A stretch of 64,000 nucleotides of DNA from an uncultured Thermoplasmata archaeon (lineage in GTDB: Archaea > Thermoplasmatota > Thermoplasmata > Halarchaeoplasmatales > Halarchaeoplasmataceae): assembly GCA_964516805.1 (NCBI GenBank), contig CAZEXI010000003.1, positions 3,021 through 67,020 on the forward strand. The letters run 5' to 3'. Every line of letters starts with the position of its first letter. Position 1 is the first letter of the stretch. The position numbers were made by a program, and so were the translations under genes. The notes under the pieces were generated by a model. The model searched no databases and had not been told where the DNA came from. It worked only from the letters and a program-made list of their open reading frames with translations. This document shows positions 10,650-21,370 of the stretch, one piece after another.

Positions 10650-11405
10650 TTGAGTTTGATTGATAATATAAAAGGAACGTTAGCTTTGAGTCTTTATTCA
10701 GCAAAAAAGATAATCTTAGATAAAAAGATAATTTTGAGCATAATATCTGTTATCTTCTTCTCATTAGTCATGGGCTACGCTGCTTACGAAGGTAAATACG
10801 ATATAAACGTGATATCTTTTTTAATGAAAAATATACTCCTACTGTTTTTGATGCCTATAATAGTGATGATATACGGGTCTACTTTGATCAGAGATGAGAT
10901 AGATGATAAAAGTATTACCATGGTCCTTACCTCTTCTCTCAATAGAATTTGGAGCTATATAGGCTATTACATCTCACTGATCTTGACGATGAGCCTAATT
11001 ATGATTGCCATAGTTTCTACAGGTTTCTTTTCTTATGTTGGAGTTACAAAAGTCACAAGCGATGCATTGACAGTATATTACGGAATGATAGGTTTGGTTA
11101 TTATAGGGTCCATTGTCTATTCATCACTTTTCCTATTATTCAGTATATTGATTGAAAAACCCTTATACTTGGGCTTATTCTATGCATTTGTATGGGAAGT
11201 GTTCGTTGGTTCTTTACCAGGTAAAATAAAAAAAGTTTCCATCAATTATTATCTCAAATGCATAGGTTCAGAATGGATAGATATAAGTACCTTCAAAAAT
11301 TTTGGAGATGTATCTTTATCAAATGCCCTTATGATACTTTTCATAACAACAATAGTATTGATATCTATAGGCATCGTTCTCTTCCGTGAATTCGAACTAA
11401 AATAA
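10650..11405 (+). CDS. ABC-2-type transporter permease (second copy)
   Basis: TTG start 2 nt after the ATPase stop. Polytopic 251-aa protein. Confidence 0.7.
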   Translation: MSLIDNIKGTLALSLYSAKKIILDKKIILSIISVIFFSLVMGYAAYEGKYDINVISFLMKNILLLFLMPIIVMIYGSTLIRDEIDDKSITMVLTSSLNRIWSYIGYYISLILTMSLIMIAIVSTGFFSYVGVTKVTSDALTVYYGMIGLVIIGSIVYSSLFLLFSILIEKPLYLGLFYAFVWEVFVGSLPGKIKKVSINYYLKCIGSEWIDISTFKNFGDVSLSNALMILFITTIVLISIGIVLFREFELK

Positions 11406-11675
11406 AAAAATCACTTTTGAATAAACAAAATTGATTATGCCTAATAATAGCATGATTGGATAACAAAAAATGAGATTCAATAAAGATTCTAAAGATCTAT
11501 AAGTAATATTGATATGATATTATGATACATAATAATGATACAGTATTTTGATTTTACCTATTAATACGAAAATTTGATTAATGAGCATGATTAAAAGACA
11601 TGATTTTTAACGATGGTTTCTTGAATAGAATTTTGTATATAAAATCATATATTAATCATTAGAAGTTGTTATAAT

Positions 11676-12020
11676 ATGAGAGAAACAGATGATGCTGAGG
11701 ATAAGTTAGAGATACTAGCGGATGGTTATGCCAAACGTATTCTGGTGGGATGCTACAGGAAACCTAAACCTGTCCAGGAACTTAGTTGGAAATACGATAT
11801 ACCAATTGCTGCAGCCTATAGAAAAGTACATGAACTTGAAGAGGCTGGTTTTCTAGAAGTAGCAAAAAGAGAAACGAGTAGAAGAGGAAAAAAAGTAAAA
11901 TTATACAAAACAGTCCTTGAAAGGGCTATTATTAGATTCGAGAATGGAGAATTCAAAGTAGAATTTGATTATCCCACTGAAGAAGAAAAATTCCAGCTAG
12001 AATTTGAAAGCAGGTTCTAA
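11676..12020 (+). CDS. ArsR-family winged-HTH transcriptional regulator
   Basis: KRILVGCYRKPKPVQELSWKYDIPIAAAYRKVHELEEAGFLEV matches the ArsR-type wHTH pattern. Confidence 0.65.
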   Translation: MRETDDAEDKLEILADGYAKRILVGCYRKPKPVQELSWKYDIPIAAAYRKVHELEEAGFLEVAKRETSRRGKKVKLYKTVLERAIIRFENGEFKVEFDYPTEEEKFQLEFESRF

Positions 12021-12056
12021 AACTTCTTCTAATTTTTTATTATATTGAAAAACCAA

Positions 12057-12254
12057 TTATTCTGCCATTTCTTTTACTTTTGAAAAACATTCATTTAGTG
12101 GGTCTTTCTCATCAATCAAACCTTCAGCTCTATCTATACAAATCAAAAGATCCTCTTCTATATCCATATCGGATCTCTTATCTCTATAAAGCCCCATCTT
12201 AGTTACTGTTTCCTTATCAAGCATTAAGGAGACACCACTAGTACACTTGCACAC
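12057..12254 (-). CDS. Small hypothetical protein
   Basis: 65-aa ORF in an otherwise empty gap, with no motifs. Confidence 0.3.
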   Translation of the reverse strand: MCKCTSGVSLMLDKETVTKMGLYRDKRSDMDIEEDLLICIDRAEGLIDEKDPLNECFSKVKEMAE

Positions 12255-12396
12255 TCATGCAGATGTAAATAAAACTTTTGTACATTTTTCAAAATCAGTT
12301 TTGATAACATAATTGAGCCTGATTTTTACTTATAATAGTAGTTCATATAAATTAAACAGAAAGATATATCACTACAATATCTATTTGGAAAAACGA

Positions 12397-12834
12397 ATGG
12401 TCTATATCCGTAATTTCACTAAATCCGACGTGGATCAGGTAGCAGAGATAGCTCAAATATCACTTAAAGAAAGTTATGATGAGGAATTATACATTACAAT
12501 CCATAATTACTGGCCAGAGGGTTTTCTAGTTGCTTCTTTAGATAGCTACATACTAGGTTTCATATCTGGAGTGATAGTAAGTAAAGACACATCGAGAATA
12601 CTTATGCTGGCTGTCCGACCGACTCATAGAAATAAAGGTATTGGATCAAATCTTCTACAAAATTTCATCGAAAGGAGTGCCCAAAAAGGGATGAAAAAAA
12701 TTACTTTAGAAGTTAGGGTAAGCAGTGAAAAAGCTATTAACTTTTATAGAAAAAAGGGATTTCACGCTTTGGGGATAATTGAAGATTTTTATACAAATGG
12801 TGAGAGCGGTATTAAAATGATAAAACATCTATGA
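12397..12834 (+). CDS. GNAT N-acetyltransferase (RimI-like)
   Basis: MLAVRPTHRNKGIGSNLL acetyl-CoA motif (RxxGxG) and RKKGF. Start moved to the internal ATG (MVYIRNF). Confidence 0.75.
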   Translation: MVYIRNFTKSDVDQVAEIAQISLKESYDEELYITIHNYWPEGFLVASLDSYILGFISGVIVSKDTSRILMLAVRPTHRNKGIGSNLLQNFIERSAQKGMKKITLEVRVSSEKAINFYRKKGFHALGIIEDFYTNGESGIKMIKHL

Positions 12835-13016
12835 TCGAATACTTCCCATGATTACATGGTTTTTGAAAAATCGCTTTTTAAACAACTGAAATACCATAAT
12901 AAATTAATAAAGTAAAATTTTCATTATCTCACCCTATGAAAAATCAAAAGGAGCAAAATTACCCGCCATATAAATATAACATAACTACATCTCTAATTAA
13001 ATAAAAGAGGGAAATC

Positions 13017-14642
13017 ATGACAAAAGAAGAAAATAAAAAATTTAAAGATTTAGAAGAAGAGATATTTGATAAATTTATGAAAAGGAATCCAGTGATGGCG
13101 ACTCATATGGGGATACATGAGTATGATGATGTTTTACCAGATGTCACTAAACAGGCACATGAAGAAGATATGGAAATGATGGAGGACTGGTTTGAAAAAC
13201 TAAAAAGTTTTGAAGATGAAGAGTTATCAGAAGATAATAAAATTGCAAAGGAATTGGGCTTACACATCCTTGATTTGATGTTATTTAGAATGAATGAATT
13301 AGAGCATTGGAAAAAACAACCTTCTGTCCCAGGTACTATCGGCTCTTCAATACTCCTGCTTCTAAAAAGAGAATTTGCTCCATTAGAAGAAAGATTGAAA
13401 AGTATTAAGGGAAGGATCGAAGATATCCCGAGAATAGTTGAGGAAGAGAGAACTCGAATAGAAGATCCCGTAAAATTATGGGTAGATATGGCAATTGAAT
13501 CTTCAGAAAGATTGCCAATGATGTTAAAATTAGTTCTTATGATCGCTAAGGAAAATGATCTTGATGAAAAAGAATTATCTGAACTAAGTAACGCAGTAGA
13601 TGATGCAGATCAAGCTCTTGAAGAATATAAGGAATGGTTAAATGAAATCAGATTAAACGCTAAAGATGAATTTGCTATTGGAAAAGAAAAATTCGATGAT
13701 CTTCTAGAAAAAAGAGAGATAGGTTATTCTGCAGATGAAATATATGATCTGGGTAAAGAACTTCTAGAAGAAGCTAGAAATGATATGGAAAAATACGCTT
13801 ATCAAATAGATCCTGATAAAACTACACAGGAAGTTGTAGATGAAGTGATGTCAGAAGTGCCTGAAAACTTCGAAGAAGCGATAACGTGGTATGAGGAAGG
13901 ACTAGAGGATGCAAAGGAATTCGTTATCGAGGAGGACTTGGCAACGATACCAGACTTTGAGAGTATAGAAGTTATCAAGACCCCTGAATACATGAGACAC
14001 ATAATCCCCTTTGCTGCCTACATGCCCCCTGCAAAATTCGATAAGGTCCAAAAAGGAATGTATATGGTAACTCCACCTAATAATGAAAAAGATTTAGAAA
14101 ATTACTCATACTGGGATGTGAGGAACACTACTGTTCATGAAGGATATCCTGGACATCATCTTCAAACTACTGCTGCGTGTAAAAATGATGATATTTTCCA
14201 TCTATTTTCTCAGGCTGTAGAAACGATCGAAGGATGGGCCCATTATTGTGAAGAGATGATGAAAGACCATGGCTTCGATGACACACCAGAAGCAAGACTT
14301 GTTCAAACAAGAGACGTGGTTTGGAGAGCTGCAAGAATAATCGTCGATATAGAATTGAGTAGAAATGAAATATCTTTCGACGAGGCTGTTCAATACTTAG
14401 AAGATACAGTAGGCATGAAAAAAGAAGATGCAACTGCAGAGGTAAAAAGATATACACAGAATCCAGCATATCAGTTGAGTTATCTTCTTGGTAAAGTTAT
14501 GATCAAAGAACTGAAAGATGATATAAGAAACCAGATGGGAGATGATTTTTCAGAGAAATTCTTTCATGATACTATCCTATACGCAGGAGGAGTACCGATT
14601 AAATACCTAAGAAAGATATTTGAGAAAAAAATAAAAGAGTAA
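13017..14642 (+). CDS. DUF885-family protein (putative metallopeptidase-like)
   Basis: 541 aa. VHEGYPGHHLQ and the C-terminal QNPAYQLSYLLGK are typical of DUF885. Confidence 0.65.
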   Translation: MTKEENKKFKDLEEEIFDKFMKRNPVMATHMGIHEYDDVLPDVTKQAHEEDMEMMEDWFEKLKSFEDEELSEDNKIAKELGLHILDLMLFRMNELEHWKKQPSVPGTIGSSILLLLKREFAPLEERLKSIKGRIEDIPRIVEEERTRIEDPVKLWVDMAIESSERLPMMLKLVLMIAKENDLDEKELSELSNAVDDADQALEEYKEWLNEIRLNAKDEFAIGKEKFDDLLEKREIGYSADEIYDLGKELLEEARNDMEKYAYQIDPDKTTQEVVDEVMSEVPENFEEAITWYEEGLEDAKEFVIEEDLATIPDFESIEVIKTPEYMRHIIPFAAYMPPAKFDKVQKGMYMVTPPNNEKDLENYSYWDVRNTTVHEGYPGHHLQTTAACKNDDIFHLFSQAVETIEGWAHYCEEMMKDHGFDDTPEARLVQTRDVVWRAARIIVDIELSRNEISFDEAVQYLEDTVGMKKEDATAEVKRYTQNPAYQLSYLLGKVMIKELKDDIRNQMGDDFSEKFFHDTILYAGGVPIKYLRKIFEKKIKE

Positions 14643-14653
14643 AAAACTCTTTT

Positions 14654-15175
14654 TTATTTATCTTTTAAAAGTTCTGTTGCAGTAACTAATGGTTTTAATT
14701 CTACATCAATATCCTTCAATGATTCTTCTGCGCCTTCTTCTCTGTCAACTACCACTAGAACCTTCTCAACAATCGCTCCTGCATCTCTCAATACTTCAAC
14801 AGTTTCTATCGAAGATCCCCCAGTTGTAGTCACGTCTTCAACAACTACTACTTTTTCTCCTTCTTCAAGGTCTCCCTCGATTCTACCACCAGTCCCGTGA
14901 CCTTTCTTTTCTTTACGGATCATCAAAAATGGTATATCTGTTTCCAATGATAACGCAGAAGCCAATGGGACGGCCCCTAATTCCATTCCAGCAATTTTTG
15001 TGCCATCAACTTCTTCAGCCATCCTTTCTACAATCTCTTTTAAAATCCCAGGATTAGTACTTGCCTTTTTGATATCTACATAATATTTACTCTTTTTACC
15101 AGATGTGAGTGTGAATTCTCCGTATTTTACTGCTCCGCATTCTTCTAATTTTTTCTTTAACATATATTTCACCAT
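14654..15175 (-). CDS. pyrE: Orotate phosphoribosyltransferase
   Basis: GEFTLTSGKKSKYYVDIKK, and the PRPP motif VVVVEDVTTTGGS. Confidence 0.9.
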   Translation of the reverse strand: MVKYMLKKKLEECGAVKYGEFTLTSGKKSKYYVDIKKASTNPGILKEIVERMAEEVDGTKIAGMELGAVPLASALSLETDIPFLMIRKEKKGHGTGGRIEGDLEEGEKVVVVEDVTTTGGSSIETVEVLRDAGAIVEKVLVVVDREEGAEESLKDIDVELKPLVTATELLKDK

Positions 15176-15711
15176 GGTTCTTTTTTCATGCCGATCTTAT
15201 ATCCTATATAGTTCGTGCTTCTATGGAGTAATGGTATAGCTATTAAAATGATTATGGTCGCTATAAACCCATATCCTTCGATATAATTTTCAAACATCCA
15301 TGAAGGAAAAAATAAGAATCCAAATAAAAATGCACCTAAAACAAAATCATACTGGTCAATTATTGGAGTCTTTTCACCTCTTTTCTTACCAGTCCTTCTT
15401 TTAAAAAAACTGCCTCCAATATCTCCAAATAAGGCTCCAAATGAAAGAGTTATGATCATAATATAACCGTTTATATTTGATGGATATATTTCCAGAAAAG
15501 GACTTACAACGATTGTAAATAATATACCTATAAAACTAGCAGATATTGCACCGCCAAACAAACCCCTCCACGTTTTGCCATCTCCAAATATCCTTTTTCC
15601 ACCTATTCTTTTTCCAAAATCGATAGGTGTGCCTCCCCCAAACACGACTGCTAGAGAGTTAGCGGCCATAGGAGGAATAAATGCGAATATTGCTTCAACT
15701 ATGGATATCAT
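15169..15711 (-). CDS. carS: CDP-archaeol synthase
   Basis: IPPMAANSLAVVFGGGTPIDFG...DGKTWRG. About 180 aa and polytopic when started at the internal Met. The longer ORF-track start would overlap the divergent gene. Confidence 0.65.
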   Translation of the reverse strand: MISIVEAIFAFIPPMAANSLAVVFGGGTPIDFGKRIGGKRIFGDGKTWRGLFGGAISASFIGILFTIVVSPFLEIYPSNINGYIMIITLSFGALFGDIGGSFFKRRTGKKRGEKTPIIDQYDFVLGAFLFGFLFFPSWMFENYIEGYGFIATIIILIAIPLLHRSTNYIGYKIGMKKEPW

Positions 15712-15808
15712 CAATTTATGTGAAAGAATATGTTTTATTATTAATTTACCTTTCAAAGGTCCTAGATTAACATAGTAAAAGATTTTTGTCATAAATGTAA
15801 TTGATAAT

Positions 15809-16051
15809 ATGATGGAGACACCAAGAGACATACTAAATGAAATAAAATGGAGACATGAGCCCTCACTTTCTGAAACAGAAATATACTATGTCCACAGAGG
15901 TGCTGAAGGTGATTTCAGGATCATGGATGGTTCTGAAATAGAAGATTTAGGAAGATCATTTATAAAATGTGTTGAAGGTCATATACCTTATCATAGAATC
16001 TTTAAAATAGTTCATAAAGGGGAAGTGGTTTTTTCTAGGGAGAGAAAATAA
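15809..16051 (+). CDS. DUF504-family small protein
   Basis: 80 aa. ILNEIKW...IPYHRIFKI matches my recollection of DUF504. Confidence 0.55.
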   Translation: MMETPRDILNEIKWRHEPSLSETEIYYVHRGAEGDFRIMDGSEIEDLGRSFIKCVEGHIPYHRIFKIVHKGEVVFSRERK

Positions 16052-16052
16052 T

Positions 16053-16691
16053 TTACTTGTTTTCTTCTATATTTTCCATCAGGTCGTCCATCTTATTCAT
16101 TAACTTTTGGTTTTGGATAGAGTTGGTTAGATCTCCTCTTGTTTTTTCGACCAGATTTCTAGCTACATCCTGCTTATTTCTCAAAGGTACTATCGCCTTT
16201 GGATAGTCAAATTCAAGTATCATATCTTTTATTCTCTCCATCTTATCTAGAAGTTCTTTAGCCTCTTCGACATCTCCGTTATCCAATTTGTTCAAAACCA
16301 TCCTTCTTAGTTCACCAACAACATCAGCTAAACCCAATAAGTAAGAAGAAGGCGTTATATCCAACTCCTCAGGGGGTTTGGGTTCCTTATCCTGTGAAAC
16401 GGACCATAATATATGTGCTTCTGCCAGTTCCTGAAAACCATTTCTCAAAAACCCAGAATGATACAACTCAACATGTCCCTCTACTATGCTTTTTACTTTA
16501 GCTACTTCTTTCAAAGCTTCCTGCATTGTATCTTGAGGATTTTCACCACGATGGATGCTTTGAATTATCTTTCTGGATAACCTTCGAACAGCTCTAGAGG
16601 ACTTATAAGCTAATTCTCTAACAGTATCTTTATCATCCAATTTATCATCTATATCATTAACTATTTCTTCCAATGTCTCTATTTGCTTCAT
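16053..16691 (-). CDS. Translin-family protein
   Basis: YLLGLADVVGELRR...ARNLVEKTRGDLT matches the archaeal translin-like (COG2178) pattern. Confidence 0.7.
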   Translation of the reverse strand: MKQIETLEEIVNDIDDKLDDKDTVRELAYKSSRAVRRLSRKIIQSIHRGENPQDTMQEALKEVAKVKSIVEGHVELYHSGFLRNGFQELAEAHILWSVSQDKEPKPPEELDITPSSYLLGLADVVGELRRMVLNKLDNGDVEEAKELLDKMERIKDMILEFDYPKAIVPLRNKQDVARNLVEKTRGDLTNSIQNQKLMNKMDDLMENIEENK

Positions 16692-18022
16692 CTGTTGTCT
16701 CCCCTTATCTTTTTCATGTTTTCTATTTTTCTTTGTATGCTCTCTGGTTTGCCTATATCGTGTCTCATCTGTATCTTATCACTCTTAACATGAGATAAAG
16801 CTCTCTCGCTTACTTTTTCAGCTTCATCCATATCTTCAGAATAACCAACAACAGCTAGTGCACGAGAGGTTGTAGTGTAAATTTTCCCATCTTTTTCATC
16901 TACTGATGCATAGAACAACTGAGCACCTTCATCTTGTATAGCTTCCTCGTCAACTTCAACCAAATGACCTCCGTCAGGATCAACGCCATATCCTTCTGGA
17001 ACTACATATTTACAGACACTAGCCTTATTCTGGAAGGACATATCTATCTCAGATATGTCTCCATCAGCAATCTTTTCACATAATTCTACATAATTTGTTT
17101 CCAACAACGGAAGCACATTCATAGCCTCTGGATCTCCCCATCTACAATTATATTCGATGATCTTTGGACCTTTTTTTGTCAGCATAAATTGACCGTATAG
17201 AACCCCTTTATAGGGTCTTCCATCTTCTTTAAGCGCTTCAAGGGTTTCCTTCATTATATTTACGCTTTCTTCATAGATATTATTATCAAGGAAGGGTAAA
17301 AGACCATCAGATTGAGAATAAGATCCCATACCTCCTGTATTAGGTCCCTCATCTCCTTCAAATAATCTTTTGTGATCTTGAACCAAAGGCATAGGTATCA
17401 AACTATTCCCATCAGTAAAAGCCTGAAGTGTGAATTCTTCACCGACCAATTTTTCTTCTAATACTAATCTAGGTTTACCACCAATCTCTTCTTCTAAAAC
17501 TTTTCTACAATAATCTATTACCTCTTTTTTGCTGTTTAGATGTTCACCCATAACCTTGACTCCTTTTCCACCTGTCAATCCAACAGGTTTAACGGCTAAG
17601 TCACCTTCGTAATGAGTCAAGAAATCTTCAATCTCCTCGATATTATCAAAAGTATGATATTCTACTCTCCCAGGTAATTCGTATTCTGCCATCAGATCCC
17701 TCATAAATTTTTTAGAAGTTTCGATCTTTGCAGCTTCCTTAGAAGGACTAGCGCATTTTATACCTTCATCTTCTAACGCATTTACGATACCTTTCCCGAG
17801 AGGTGCCTCAGGACCGATAACTGCTAATTCTATATCTTTATTAACAGCCCAATCCAAGATCGCTTCTATATTGCTTCCACTTTCTAATAAATACTCATCT
17901 GCTAAGCTAGCTATACCTGGATTCTTGTTTCCCATGGCGGCATAAATTTCTGCCCCATCATCTGATAATTTCTTCACTATTACGTGCTCTCTTGCTCCTC
18001 CTCCGACGGTGAGTACTTTCAT
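16688..18022 (-). CDS. purD: Phosphoribosylamine-glycine ligase
   Basis: MKVLTVGGGAREH N-terminus and ATP-grasp core. 444 aa. Confidence 0.9.
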   Translation of the reverse strand: MKVLTVGGGAREHVIVKKLSDDGAEIYAAMGNKNPGIASLADEYLLESGSNIEAILDWAVNKDIELAVIGPEAPLGKGIVNALEDEGIKCASPSKEAAKIETSKKFMRDLMAEYELPGRVEYHTFDNIEEIEDFLTHYEGDLAVKPVGLTGGKGVKVMGEHLNSKKEVIDYCRKVLEEEIGGKPRLVLEEKLVGEEFTLQAFTDGNSLIPMPLVQDHKRLFEGDEGPNTGGMGSYSQSDGLLPFLDNNIYEESVNIMKETLEALKEDGRPYKGVLYGQFMLTKKGPKIIEYNCRWGDPEAMNVLPLLETNYVELCEKIADGDISEIDMSFQNKASVCKYVVPEGYGVDPDGGHLVEVDEEAIQDEGAQLFYASVDEKDGKIYTTTSRALAVVGYSEDMDEAEKVSERALSHVKSDKIQMRHDIGKPESIQRKIENMKKIRGDNR

Positions 18023-18091
18023 GTTATCGTTTTTCCTAAAAAGAACGGTGAAATATAAGGTTTAGTTTATTATGAAATAAGTAGCTTATTT

Positions 18092-18691
18092 CTATTTCTT
18101 CTTTATATAATTATCTTTTTTCTTAGATAATTTTATACAATCTTTACCTACATCAGTTATATCTCCCGATTCAATGTAGATATTCTCTCTGTTCACATCA
18201 ATATGGGTTGCTATAGGTCCTTCCTCTAAAGGACTGGTCGGAAGCGTGATACTCATATCATCAAAAGACATCATCGGTACGGTATAAGCTTCTATTTGTT
18301 CATCTTCATCCATGGTTCTCATTACTTTAGATTCTACTCTAATATATTCCAAATCACCTTCTTTATCTTTCTCTGCTTCCCTAACTATACCCATTTCTGT
18401 ACCCTCTGAATCCAAAACTTTTGCTCCAACTAGATTTTTAGCGGGGCTAATCCAAAGATGTATAGAATCAGGGGTGATTTTATCAACATATTTTAAGTTG
18501 ACTCTAAGATATTCACCAAAGAATCCTTTATGGATTATTAATTTTGTAGGATTTAAAGTAGTCTGATTGATTTCAATATCACTCACATGTCCAAAAACTT
18601 CTCCATCAGCATCATAGACTTTAGTACCTTTAATACTGTTAAAGGTGGTTCTACCATCTTTGACTTCATTTTCTTTTTCATTCATCCCCAA
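18092..18691 (-). CDS. Tandem PRC-barrel domain protein
   Basis: Two copies of the pattern G.KV.D..GE..G.V. Confidence 0.6.
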   Translation of the reverse strand: MGMNEKENEVKDGRTTFNSIKGTKVYDADGEVFGHVSDIEINQTTLNPTKLIIHKGFFGEYLRVNLKYVDKITPDSIHLWISPAKNLVGAKVLDSEGTEMGIVREAEKDKEGDLEYIRVESKVMRTMDEDEQIEAYTVPMMSFDDMSITLPTSPLEEGPIATHIDVNRENIYIESGDITDVGKDCIKLSKKKDNYIKKK

Positions 18692-18721
18692 TCACAATTG
18701 GGATATCCACTTTCAATTACT

Positions 18722-21226
18722 TTATCTTTGTCCTTGAATTAAAGGGTCAATAACAAAAATCTTTGCAACGACCAAAATTATGATAATAACCAATAATGGA
18801 ATCATAAACCAATTTGATTCATAAAAATTACCTTTTGGCCCACCTACTTCTCCCTGAAAACTTGGTTCTCCATCAACTTCCTTTGATAGTTCACCTTCAC
18901 CTATTTCATTAAATGCTGAGACTCGATAATAATAAGTGTTATAATTTGTTAAATTTTTATCGATATATATTTCATTATCAGTCAGTGTTGCAATAAGTTT
19001 TCCCCTGCCATTGCTTGTTGATCTATATACATTATAACCTAAGATCATCTTTCCTCCTGTATCTTCAGGAGGGTCCCACTCTATGGTGATCTGATTATCG
19101 CCCTCTACCATCGATATATCGGTTGGTGCACTAGGTTTTAAAAATTTAGGACCTATAATCACGCTTTTCTCTTCTGATCTACTACCTTCTCCAGCACTAT
19201 TTTTACCACTTATCTGATAATAATAAGTAACATTACGTTCTATATTTTTATCTTCATATGTGTAAGTAATTCCAGAAACATTATCTATAATCACTTTTTC
19301 ATCTGATCTTTTACCTCTGTAAATAAAGTATTTTGTTACATCTATATTCTCAGAAGGAGGATCCCATCTCAAAATGTTACTATCCTTGTTATCAAACTCT
19401 GCTGTGAAATCCTGAGGTATTCCAGGTGGGGATGTTTCTTCTTTAGGTGCTCCTGAAAGAGTGTCTGTTTTATTGCTCTGTCCGACAGAGTTGAGAGCTG
19501 TTACATAGTAGAAATAAGTTACGTTATTCTCTACTTCATCATCAAAATAAGACGTTTTTAATTCCCTCAAATTCTTATATAAACTAATATTTCCTGTACT
19601 TGTTCCTTTGTATATTTTATAGCCAGTTAATGGTGACCCACCAGTATCTTCAGGGGTATCCCAATTTAATATCATAAATTTATCACCTTCTTCGATCTCA
19701 AAATTTCTAGGGCTAGAAGGTGGCCTAACTTCTGAGGAGCTTTTTATAGGCGTCATTAGAGGATAATTGTCTATGTTATTTTCCCGAAAAACAAAGTATA
19801 AGGAATCCCCGATTCCATCGCTTCCTTCTTCATCTTGATCAATACCACTTTTTTTATCCGAACCGTTATAATCAGACCAATAATTACCTCCTACAGGATA
19901 TCCATTATCCCAAAAATTCTTTTTTGTAGCCTTAGCCTGATTATCATTATTTATGAAATTATTATTATAAATAAGGTTCTTTCTTGATTCACTAATATCT
20001 ATACCAATGCTATTTCTGCTTATATTGTTGTATCTAAAGGTATTAGAGTTTGATTTAAAAATTGTTATGCCCACCCATTCATTTGAAAATATTGTGTTAT
20101 TATTTAATTTGTTATTTATTGATGAGGATATGTATATACCATAACGGCCATTTGCTGAGATTGTGTTGTTGTTTATATAGTTTCTATCCGAAGATAATGT
20201 GAAGGATGCTCCTGTGAATTCAGAAGATATTATCGTGTTATTTGTAAAAATATTATTTCCTGCTGAAGAGGTATACAGCCCGTACTCACCTCCCGATATT
20301 TCGTTACTATCCACTTCACTTCTATTATTTTCTAGAAGAAAAATACCATAATCTGAACTTTGAATTCTATTATCTTTTATTAACATACCATCACAATGAG
20401 AACTTATGATGCCTGCCTTACTTCTTATAATTTCGTTATTTATAATTTCATTATTACGTGTATGAAATGTATTAATAGAATATTTTGTATTTAAATTGAT
20501 AACATTATTTCTTATTATGTTTTTTCTACTATTTCCCTCAACATATATCCCGTCGTCCTGATTAGTTGAAACTGTATTATCTTCAACAAGAACACCATTA
20601 GATTCGGTTATATGGATACCATCATCGTAATTGCTTAAAGCCTCATTATCTCTAACAATCATATTTGTTGTTATTTGAAGGTCGATTCCATCTCCATCAT
20701 TACTAAAAGCTGTATTATTTACTATCACACCATTGGAAGCATTATATACTGCTATCCCCTCTCCAGCTAGAAATGGATTGCTGAGCCAAATAGCATTGTA
20801 TACTGTACAATTCCTAATCATAAAATGTAAATCTGTATTACTGATCATGATGGCATTTCCTGCCCCATTAGCGTTGATATCATAATTTTCTATTATGAAA
20901 GGATTTTTTTCAGTACCATTACCTGCCCACCCTTCACTTTCTGCTTTGGTAAAGAAGTCATCATTACCAATTACAGTTATAGGAGTGTGTTTAACCAATT
21001 CAGAAGATTCCTTCAATGATCTTTCTAAAGATTTTGCTTCATTATCGTCATTATATATTGTTTGATCGATCTCTTCTGCTCCTGATGCATCATCATTCAT
21101 TATTCTAGGTGCGGCATTATTATCTGATGAATCAGATATGCCAAATACCTGAACTGACATTAGGCTTAATATATAAAATAAGATAAAAATTGATATCATT
21201 GATTTCTTAATTAGCTTATAATTCAT
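18722..21226 (-). CDS. Large cell-surface protein: signal peptide, right-handed beta-helix (PbH1/NosD-like) repeats, three FN3-like modules, C-terminal TM anchor
   Basis: N-terminal hydrophobic leader. About 15 repeats of N..I..N. Three modules of P..L....GD....L.W..P.DTGG..I.GY.IYR. The C-terminus is NWFMIPLLVIIIILVV. Confidence 0.75.
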   Translation of the reverse strand: MNYKLIKKSMISIFILFYILSLMSVQVFGISDSSDNNAAPRIMNDDASGAEEIDQTIYNDDNEAKSLERSLKESSELVKHTPITVIGNDDFFTKAESEGWAGNGTEKNPFIIENYDINANGAGNAIMISNTDLHFMIRNCTVYNAIWLSNPFLAGEGIAVYNASNGVIVNNTAFSNDGDGIDLQITTNMIVRDNEALSNYDDGIHITESNGVLVEDNTVSTNQDDGIYVEGNSRKNIIRNNVINLNTKYSINTFHTRNNEIINNEIIRSKAGIISSHCDGMLIKDNRIQSSDYGIFLLENNRSEVDSNEISGGEYGLYTSSAGNNIFTNNTIISSEFTGASFTLSSDRNYINNNTISANGRYGIYISSSINNKLNNNTIFSNEWVGITIFKSNSNTFRYNNISRNSIGIDISESRKNLIYNNNFINNDNQAKATKKNFWDNGYPVGGNYWSDYNGSDKKSGIDQDEEGSDGIGDSLYFVFRENNIDNYPLMTPIKSSSEVRPPSSPRNFEIEEGDKFMILNWDTPEDTGGSPLTGYKIYKGTSTGNISLYKNLRELKTSYFDDEVENNVTYFYYVTALNSVGQSNKTDTLSGAPKEETSPPGIPQDFTAEFDNKDSNILRWDPPSENIDVTKYFIYRGKRSDEKVIIDNVSGITYTYEDKNIERNVTYYYQISGKNSAGEGSRSEEKSVIIGPKFLKPSAPTDISMVEGDNQITIEWDPPEDTGGKMILGYNVYRSTSNGRGKLIATLTDNEIYIDKNLTNYNTYYYRVSAFNEIGEGELSKEVDGEPSFQGEVGGPKGNFYESNWFMIPLLVIIIILVVAKIFVIDPLIQGQR

Positions 21227-21370
21227 CTAACAAAACACCTCTAAATTTTTTTTATATCACATATCTCTCTTAAATTAAAAGAAACATGTTTTAGATATAT
21301 AAACTTACACCTATATACCACGATTTTCACCAAAATATTAATAATAGTGGGCATTCAATTCTGTTTTAAC